NCBI GenBank assembly: GCA_964604825.1
Contig: CAZSAL010000009.1
Span: 2,479 to 66,478 of the forward strand
Source of the DNA: an uncultured Elusimicrobia bacterium
Lineage (GTDB): Bacteria; Elusimicrobiota; Elusimicrobia; 2-01-FULL-59-12
DNA length: 64,000 nucleotides
Direction: 5' to 3'
Every line of letters begins with the position of its first letter. Position 1 is the stretch's first letter. The position numbers were made by a program, and so were the translations under genes. The notes under the pieces are model-generated. The model made no database searches. It saw only the letters and a program-made list of their open reading frames with translations, and was not told where the DNA came from. This document shows positions 58,049 through 64,000 of the stretch, in pieces.

Positions 58049-59338
58049 ATGGAAACGCTAAAAGTTGCAATCCCTTTTTCTGCCCAGACGGTCTGCGACC
58101 CAAATCCGCAAAACTATCACATTTACGACAAAGTACGAGCTTTCAACAAGCATTCCGATGAATTGCGCGCCGGGGGGCTCTATTTCTACATGCGCAAGCT
58201 CCAGTCGTCTTCGGAGGCCCACGTTGTGATCAACGGCCAGGACATGCTTATGTTTGGTTCCAATAATTATCTTGGGTTGACTACTCACCCGAAGGTTAAG
58301 GAAGCGGCGCGCAATGCTCTGGAAAAGTACGGGATAGGCGCCGGATCTGTCAGGCTCCTTGGCGGAACATTCAATCTGCACGAGGAACTTGAAGAGCGTT
58401 TGGCCAATTTTAAAGGGACAGAAGCGGCAGTCGCCTATAGTTCCGGGTATGTATCAAACGTAGCGACACTCTCAAGTTTTCTTTCGAAATCTTCAGATTT
58501 GGCCATTATTGACGAAAGAATTCACGCGAGTTTGGTTGACGGCTTGCGGTTTGCCCAAATCCCCTTTCGTGTATTCGGCCATAACGACATGCGTGATCTG
58601 GCCATTAAGCTGGAGGTCTCAAAAGGCAGGGGCAACCTCGCCATTATTGTTGACGGTGTTTACAGCATGGACGGCGATATCGCCAATCTGCCGGACGTCT
58701 ACCGCTTGGCGCGCAAGTATCAGGCGGTTGTCATCATCGATGAAGCGCATGCCACAGGGGTCCTTGGAGCCAGGGGCCGCGGGACGCCGGAACATTTCGG
58801 ACTTCACGGCAGGATTGATCTGGTCATGGGAACCCTCAGTAAAGCGCTGGGAGGTATTGGCGGTTTCGCCGCAGGACCAAAGATCCTGGTTGACTATTTG
58901 AAACATGTGGCCCGCGGCTTCGTTTTCAGCGCGGCGCTCCCTCCGGCAGTGTGCGCAGGACTGATCGCCTCCATCGACGTGATTGAAAATGAACCAGAAT
59001 GGCTTATTCGCCTGCGGGAAAATACAGGTTTATTAAGGAAAGGACTTCAGGAGCTGGGGTACAACACGGCTCACAGCGAAACGCCGATCATCCCCATTAT
59101 CCTAGGTGAAGACCTGACCGCCTATCAAATGACCCGCGCCCTTCATATGCTTGGGGTTTATGTCAGTCCGGTCACGTTCCCCGCAGTCAAAAGGGGTCAA
59201 TCCCGGATCCGGGTAAGCACTATGGCAACTCATACCACACAGGATATTTTAAAAGCCCTGGAAGCGTTTGATAAAGCCAGGAAAATAGTGCCAAATCTTC
59301 CGCTGCCCGAGAGCTTAACACAACACAACGCAGCTTAA
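58049..59338 (+). CDS. alpha-Oxoamine synthase family PLP enzyme (Kbl / serine palmitoyltransferase / BioF-like)
   Basis: FGSNNYLGL, DEAHATG, GTLSKALGG (PLP-Lys); ~400 aa. Confidence 0.75.
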   Translation: METLKVAIPFSAQTVCDPNPQNYHIYDKVRAFNKHSDELRAGGLYFYMRKLQSSSEAHVVINGQDMLMFGSNNYLGLTTHPKVKEAARNALEKYGIGAGSVRLLGGTFNLHEELEERLANFKGTEAAVAYSSGYVSNVATLSSFLSKSSDLAIIDERIHASLVDGLRFAQIPFRVFGHNDMRDLAIKLEVSKGRGNLAIIVDGVYSMDGDIANLPDVYRLARKYQAVVIIDEAHATGVLGARGRGTPEHFGLHGRIDLVMGTLSKALGGIGGFAAGPKILVDYLKHVARGFVFSAALPPAVCAGLIASIDVIENEPEWLIRLRENTGLLRKGLQELGYNTAHSETPIIPIILGEDLTAYQMTRALHMLGVYVSPVTFPAVKRGQSRIRVSTMATHTTQDILKALEAFDKARKIVPNLPLPESLTQHNAA

Positions 59339-59526
59339 TCGACAGACGAATGTTTTCGGGCGGTATCCCTTTCCCTTTTTGTGGATACCGCCCTCTTTTT
59401 TTGTGGGAGTTATCTTACATGCCGTCATCCATTTGTCATACAGACTTTACATCGTCACAATGGGCTTCCTGCCGGTTTGCCTTTACAATACCCGCAACAA
59501 TAGAAATCACAAGGGAGGTCACTGAC

Positions 59527-59697
59527 ATGGTGATCCAGATGAAAGAAGAGTTCCTTGCGGCGAGCATCCGCAAACAGGCCGAGACACTAAATAACCTGAT
59601 TCATGAAATGGAAACTGAAAAATTGGTTGGAGACGCTCTGGCCTGGAGAATCCGGGCGGTGGAATTACAACTGCGACGAATCCGCGAAGCCGCTTAA
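59527..59697 (+). CDS. Small helical hypothetical protein
   Basis: 56-aa coiled-coil-like product (MVIQMKEEFLAASIRKQAETLNNLIHEM...). Weak call. Confidence 0.25.
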   Translation: MVIQMKEEFLAASIRKQAETLNNLIHEMETEKLVGDALAWRIRAVELQLRRIREAA

Positions 59698-59934
59698 GGG
59701 GAAAGAGAATAGCTACCGAAGAATTTTATGAACCTACAAAAAGGAAAGTCTCAGGGAAGTCGCATAGGATCACGCTTTGGCGGGCGGCGCCCTTTTTCCC
59801 TTTTTGCGGGCGGCGCCCGCTTCTTTATACAGCATACTGTAACTCAAAAAAATAACAAGGTAGTTTCTTGACGGAAACGGAAACGGAATAAAACATCAAA
59901 TGAAACAACAAACCAACAAATGGAGGGCGTATAG

Positions 59935-61378
59935 AATGAACAGTCACAATAAAAAGGGAAAGGTGCGGGAAGTAATCGCCGTTCTCGCAGCTTTACTCGT
60001 TATCGGGGGGACTATTCCTTCCCATGTCATGGCAGATGAAACGGCGACCTTAACAGTTAAATCCATACCGAATGTCAGCATCCGGATGTATGGGTTTATG
60101 GAAAATGATGTGATTAATGATGCCAAACAGATCAGTTCATTGGAAGAATTGGACAATCCGCTGGTGCCTAAGGCAAGCACATGGGCGGGACAGAACGGCA
60201 GAACAATAGATAGCGTCCGGAACAGCCGCCTCGGGTTTGATGTAACGATGCCTGAGACTGACTTCGGGCTGAAATCGGAAGCCATTGTTGAACTCGATGC
60301 GTTGGGTGACAATGCCGAAACTCAGACTGCTGGAGCCAACACGGCTGTCGGCACCAGTCTCTCTGGCAGCACGCTCAAAACCTCGAACATCGGCACGCCT
60401 GGGTCTATGTCAGAAAGAGACCTGTTCAATAACCCAACAATCCGTATTCGTCATGCTTATGGCAATTTCACGGATGGACAGTGGAATTTTAAGGTTGGCC
60501 AGACATGGTCACTCCTGGGATGGCAGCCGCACTACTTCCCTGCGGAACCGAACGTTGCGCCTACGGTTGGCATGCTCTACCGCCGCTTCCCGCAGATCCG
60601 GGCGACAAATACCCAGAAGCTGGGAGATTCCTGGACTCTGGAAACCGCCTTGGATTTTGCCAAGCCTGCGGAAATGAATGGACAGTCTCCGGAATATCAT
60701 GCCGGTATCCGCCTGGCGTCTACAAAGACAACGGCCGGTGTCTGGGCCGGATCCGGAAGCAGCATGGAAGGGCTATCATTGGCAGCGTCGGGAGCTATAA
60801 TCCCGATCCGTACTGGAGATGGCAGTCCTACGGGCTCCGCCATAGCGCTGGATGCCTTTATTCCCATTATCCCTTCTTCGGATGGGAAGAATGCTTCCAA
60901 CACGCTGTCTCTTCTGGGCGAATACTGTAATGGAACTGGTATAGGCGGTCTGGAAATTGCCGGTTTAACGGGTGGCCTCAGCACCATAACCAGTGTTACG
61001 GCGGCAGCAGCACAGGCTAATGGTCTGACTCCGCAGACGGCTATCGATTCCGGTATGGCTGCCATCAGCGCTACCGGGGCTGTGGAACTGCTCCATGTGC
61101 AGACCTATCGCGCCAGCCTGCAGTACATTTTCCCGAGCCCCAAATGGTCCATTAACGGTGGTTTCGCGGATGAAAGTATTCTGAACCTAGCGGACTTTAC
61201 TGCCAGCACCAGTCTGTCACCGCGCGATCAGTATTTCTTCGGCAACATACTCTATCAACCGTTGAAATGGCTGAAATTTGGGTTGGAAGTTGCTCAGATC
61301 AAAACGACTTACACGGACGCAGCCAATACCTACGCCTATGATAATCGCTCGCAGTTCACCACATACGTGATGTTCTAA
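59935..61378 (+). CDS. Outer-membrane porin-like beta-barrel protein (immediately upstream of pstS)
   Basis: RBS GGAGGG 9 nt before ATG 59935; signal peptide ...VIAVLAALLVIGGTIPSHVMA; Gly/Ser/Thr-rich amphipathic strands; C-terminal ...TTYVMF. Confidence 0.5.
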
Positions 61379-61396
61379 GTCTTAACCGTCCATGGG

Positions 61397-61423
61397 CTCC
61401 GGTCCCCGATAAGGGGACCGGAG
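61397..61423 (+). promoter_or_regulatory. Perfect 11-bp-stem hairpin between porin and pstS (attenuator / mRNA-processing or stability element)
   Basis: CTCCGGTCCCC-gataa-GGGGACCGGAG. No U-tract follows, so it is unlikely to be a full terminator. Confidence 0.4.
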
Positions 61424-61451
61424 TTCCCAGGACAACTAAAAACACAAGGAG

Positions 61452-62483
61452 ATGACCATGTTTAAGAAATTTTCCGCTCTAAGTTTGGCCGCAAGCCTTC
61501 TCGCCGGTTCTTGCAATGTCTGGGCGGATGCGCTCCTGGTAAATGGCGCAGGCGCTACTTTCCCTTACCCAATTTACTCCAAATGGTTCGATGAATATCA
61601 CAAGATTCATCCGGACATCCAATTCAACTATCAGTCTATTGGCTCCGGCGGGGGAATTCGCCAGATCACAGCCAAAACGGTTGATTTCGGCGCTACGGAC
61701 GGGCCCATGTCTGACGAGCAGTTAAAAGCCGCTCCGGACATGATCATGCATTTCCCCACAGTGATGGGCGGTGTTGTTCCTGTTTACAATGTCGAAGGCG
61801 TAACTGCCTCCTTGAAGTTTTCACAGAAGGCGATTGCGGGCATTTTTCTGGGAACCATCACTTCATGGAACGACCGCGAGATTCAAAAGGCGAATCCGGA
61901 CGTAAAATTACCCGCAGCGCCGATCGTCGTTATCCATCGTTCCGATGGTTCAGGCACGTCCTTCTGCTGGACAGACTTCTTAAGTAAGATCAGCCCCGAT
62001 TGGCTGTCTAAGGTTGGCAAAGGGACATCGGTGAATTGGCCAGTCGGTCTGGGCGGCAAAGGGAATGAAGGGGTGGCCGGTCTGGTCCGGCAGACGCCGA
62101 ATTCCATTGGTTATGTTGAACTGATCTACGCCACGCAGAACAAAATCAGCTACGGAGCCCTGCAGAACAAGTCGGGGAAATATGTTCAGTGTTCTCTGGA
62201 ATCGGTTACGGCTGCGGCTGCGGGCGCTGCAGGCAACATGCCCGATGACTTCCGCGTTTCCATCACCAACTCGCAGGGAGCCGACGTCTATCCGGCATCG
62301 ACCTTCACCTGGCTGCTGGTGTATCAAAATCCGTCGGATAAAACAAAGGGTGAGGCGCTGGTGGGTTTCATGAAATGGATGCTTACAGATGGCCAGAAAT
62401 TTGCCACCAACCTGGGGTATGCTCCCCTGCCGGTCAGTGTTATTGAAAAAGAAGAAGCCGCTATTCAGAAAGTAAAAATCTGA
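61452..62483 (+). CDS. pstS: Phosphate ABC transporter substrate-binding protein
   Basis: Signal peptide, GAGATFPYPIYSKWFDEY, SIGSGGGI, TDGPMSDEQL are the typical PstS blocks. Confidence 0.85.
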   Translation: MTMFKKFSALSLAASLLAGSCNVWADALLVNGAGATFPYPIYSKWFDEYHKIHPDIQFNYQSIGSGGGIRQITAKTVDFGATDGPMSDEQLKAAPDMIMHFPTVMGGVVPVYNVEGVTASLKFSQKAIAGIFLGTITSWNDREIQKANPDVKLPAAPIVVIHRSDGSGTSFCWTDFLSKISPDWLSKVGKGTSVNWPVGLGGKGNEGVAGLVRQTPNSIGYVELIYATQNKISYGALQNKSGKYVQCSLESVTAAAAGAAGNMPDDFRVSITNSQGADVYPASTFTWLLVYQNPSDKTKGEALVGFMKWMLTDGQKFATNLGYAPLPVSVIEKEEAAIQKVKI

Positions 62484-62510
62484 ATAATTAATTCCAGGTT
62501 CTAATACCAG

Positions 62511-62541
62511 ACACCCACATCTGAAATTCAGATGTGGGTGT
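62511..62541. terminator. Bidirectional intrinsic terminator between convergent pstS and the small secreted-protein gene
   Basis: Perfect 15-bp inverted repeat ACACCCACATCTGAA-a-TTCAGATGTGGGTGT, flanked by A/T-rich runs on both sides (aataccag / tggtattt). Confidence 0.6.
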
Positions 62542-62556
62542 TGTGGTATTTCAGCG

Positions 62557-62913
62557 TCATGGCTCGTAACCCGATACTCCGGTTTTTTGGGAAGGCTCCC
62601 GTTGAATAGCGGGAGTTCCCATTAAACGATCCGGCGCTGCGGTCTTTACGGCATCCTGCAGCCGCAGCAGGGCGACTTCTTCCCTCTCCTTCACCGTGAA
62701 ATGAACTGAAGAATCGTCCGGTTTTACGGCCACATCCTTGATTTCCCCTATCTGGCTGAGCCTGCTTTCGATATCAGAAGCTGCCTTGGAATCGACAGCA
62801 GGCGTGATGGTTGCCATATATGTTCCGGGCGACAACATTTCAGTTGCCGCGTAGACGGATGCGGCAGTCAGAAAAACCACTGCCAGGAATCCTACGAAAG
62901 TCTTCATAACCAA
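62557..62913 (-). CDS. Small secreted hypothetical protein
   Basis: Signal peptide MKTFVGFLAVVFLTAASVYA; ~118 aa; convergent with pstS, across a perfect hairpin terminator. Confidence 0.4.
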   Translation of the reverse strand: MVMKTFVGFLAVVFLTAASVYAATEMLSPGTYMATITPAVDSKAASDIESRLSQIGEIKDVAVKPDDSSVHFTVKEREEVALLRLQDAVKTAAPDRLMGTPAIQREPSQKTGVSGYEP

Positions 62914-63029
62914 TGCCCCCTACTCTCCCTTTTTCCTATTAATTAGACAAAGCTGTAACCTGTAAAGATGCAACTTAAGGTTCTATTGATATGTCATATA
63001 GCGGCGAAAGGAAATCTCTCTGCCCCTGA

Positions 63030-64000
63030 ATGAGCCCCGTTAACTGGTCATTGCGCAAACCGATTACGGTTATTGTGCTCATGTGCGCCGCAGTCCTGTG
63101 CGCTGCCTTTGCCCTCCTGCGCATGCCGCGCGATATCTTCCCTGACCTGCAGATTCCCGTTATTTACGTTTCCCAGCCTTACGGCGGCATGAGCCCTGAG
63201 CAGATGGAAGGATTCATCACCTATTACTATGAGTACCATTTCCTTTACATCACAGGCATCGACTATATAGAGACAAAGTCCATCCAGGGCGCAGCCCTTA
63301 TCAAGCTCCAGTTCCATCCCGGAACCAACATGGCCGAGGCCATGGCAGAGACGGTTTCCGAAGTCAGCCGCGCCCGCGCCTTCATGCCTCCCGGAACCGT
63401 TACCCCCTTTGTGCTGCGTTTTGACGCGGGCAGTGTTCCCATAGGAGACCTGGTCTTTTCCAGCCCGTCGCGCGGCATTGGCGAGATTCAGGACCTGGCT
63501 TTAAACCGGGTGCGCCCGCTTTTTGCGACTCTCCCCGGAGTCTCGGCGCCGCCTCCCTTTGGAGCCAGTCAGCGCACGATCGTCGTCACGATTGATCCAA
63601 AAGCCCTGCGCGCCCGGAACCTCTCTCTCGAGGACGTGGTTAAGGCAATCAACGATTCCAACGTGATAACTCCTGCGGGGAACCTGATTATGTCCGGGCG
63701 GTATCCCATTGTCCCGATGAATTCTCCGGTTACCGATATTCAGCATCTGCGGGATGTTCCTCTTCGCCTGGGCACCTACCCGACGGTTTTCCTGCGCGAT
63801 GTGGGAAAGGTCGAAGATGCCACCGATATCCAGACGGGATACGCCCTGGTCAACGGCAGGAGAGCCATATATATCCCGGTAACCAAACGCGCCGACGCAT
63901 CCACGCTCGCTGTAGTGGCTTTAGTGCGCAAGAACCTGCGCCGTTTTCAGGATGTATTGCCTAAGGACGTCAAGGTGACCTATGAGTTTGACCAGTCCGT
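63030..64000 (+). CDS. RND-family efflux transporter (AcrB/CzcA-like), N-terminal part, truncated by window end
   Basis: Manual translation from ATG 63030: [60 protein letters not shown]... This is the typical RND TM1 plus periplasmic porter start, and it reads open to the end of the window. Confidence 0.8.
   Translation, partial: MSPVNWSLRKPITVIVLMCAAVLCAAFALLRMPRDIFPDLQIPVIYVSQPYGGMSPEQMEGFITYYYEYHFLYITGIDYIETKSIQGAALIKLQFHPGTNMAEAMAETVSEVSRARAFMPPGTVTPFVLRFDAGSVPIGDLVFSSPSRGIGEIQDLALNRVRPLFATLPGVSAPPPFGASQRTIVVTIDPKALRARNLSLEDVVKAINDSNVITPAGNLIMSGRYPIVPMNSPVTDIQHLRDVPLRLGTYPTVFLRDVGKVEDATDIQTGYALVNGRRAIYIPVTKRADASTLAVVALVRKNLRRFQDVLPKDVKVTYEFDQS

Noticed and set aside
1-64000. CRISPR arrays, rRNA genes, transposases/integrases, additional tRNAs
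   Set aside because: I scanned for regularly spaced direct repeats, TTCGAAT T-loops and transposase-like DDE motifs. Only the single tRNA-Gln was found. The structured repeats present are short and irregularly spaced, not CRISPR-like.

Overview
This looks like a GC-rich (~58%) bacterial chromosomal segment of uncertain phylum, densely packed with genes. No rRNA, CRISPR array, transposase or integrase was seen. All calls below come from reading the six-frame translations and the DNA by eye; nothing was searched against a database.

Content, left to right:
- 1-5.9 kb: a partial secreted protein running off the left edge (minus strand), a PGI-family isomerase, serS and pdxH.
- 6.0-14.4 kb: a complete Bat/MoxR aerotolerance-type operon on the minus strand (moxR, DUF58, DUF4381, batA, batB, batC, batD, batE).
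- 14.5-20.8 kb: two outer-membrane beta-barrel proteins, myo-inositol-1-phosphate synthase, a tiny basic tandem-repeat protein behind a consensus sigma70 promoter, and a CDP-alcohol phosphatidyltransferase translationally coupled to a flippase-like membrane protein.
- 20.8-27.1 kb: a fused Memo/AMMECR1 protein, then a minus-strand operon of Gfo/Idh/MocA oxidoreductase, class-III aminotransferase, ATP-grasp protein, nucleotidyltransferase and HAD hydrolase.
- 27.2-34.3 kb: a plus-strand operon of MBL-fold hydrolase, hemL, DUF1015, a chorismate-binding enzyme, a secreted hypothetical and hisG.
- 34.4-41.6 kb: metH, pcm, a thioredoxin-fold protein, gltX, a DUF1844 protein and tRNA-Gln(CUG).
- 41.6-62.5 kb: a phosphate-limitation neighbourhood. 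It holds a phoB-like regulator, a DUF47/PiT transporter pair, a phoR-like kinase, an unknown 682-aa protein, a 2028-aa multi-pass membrane protein, a GNAT-like protein, an LpxH/PlcP-like metallophosphoesterase with a GT28 diacylglycerol glycosyltransferase and a small membrane protein, an alpha-oxoamine synthase, a porin and pstS.
- 63.0 kb to the end: a truncated RND efflux pump.

Main hunt results:
1. Two 11-bp-periodic direct-repeat sites of the kind OmpR/PhoB regulators bind: TGTTACG x3 upstream of the 682-aa/2028-aa gene pair, and a classical Pho box (TGTCAT-N4-CGTCAT) in the divergent PlcP-like/alpha-oxoamine-synthase promoter. This points to an uncharacterised Pho-controlled membrane-remodelling island centred on a giant novel protein.
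2. An inositol-centred gene set that does not match a single known pathway and may make an inositol- or aminocyclitol-derived headgroup or solute.
3. A family of ~85-bp GTCAT...ATGAC structured repeats with MITE-like organisation (5 copies). One copy sits in-frame inside the batE signal-peptide region, and three cluster in the bat operon.
4. A second family of ~90-bp purine-arm/pyrimidine-arm palindromes that literally encode the K/R-rich and hydrophobic halves of the BatC and BatD signal peptides.
5. A third family of paired GC hairpins flanking G-quadruplex-like G-tracts; one copy overlaps a gene's Shine-Dalgarno sequence.
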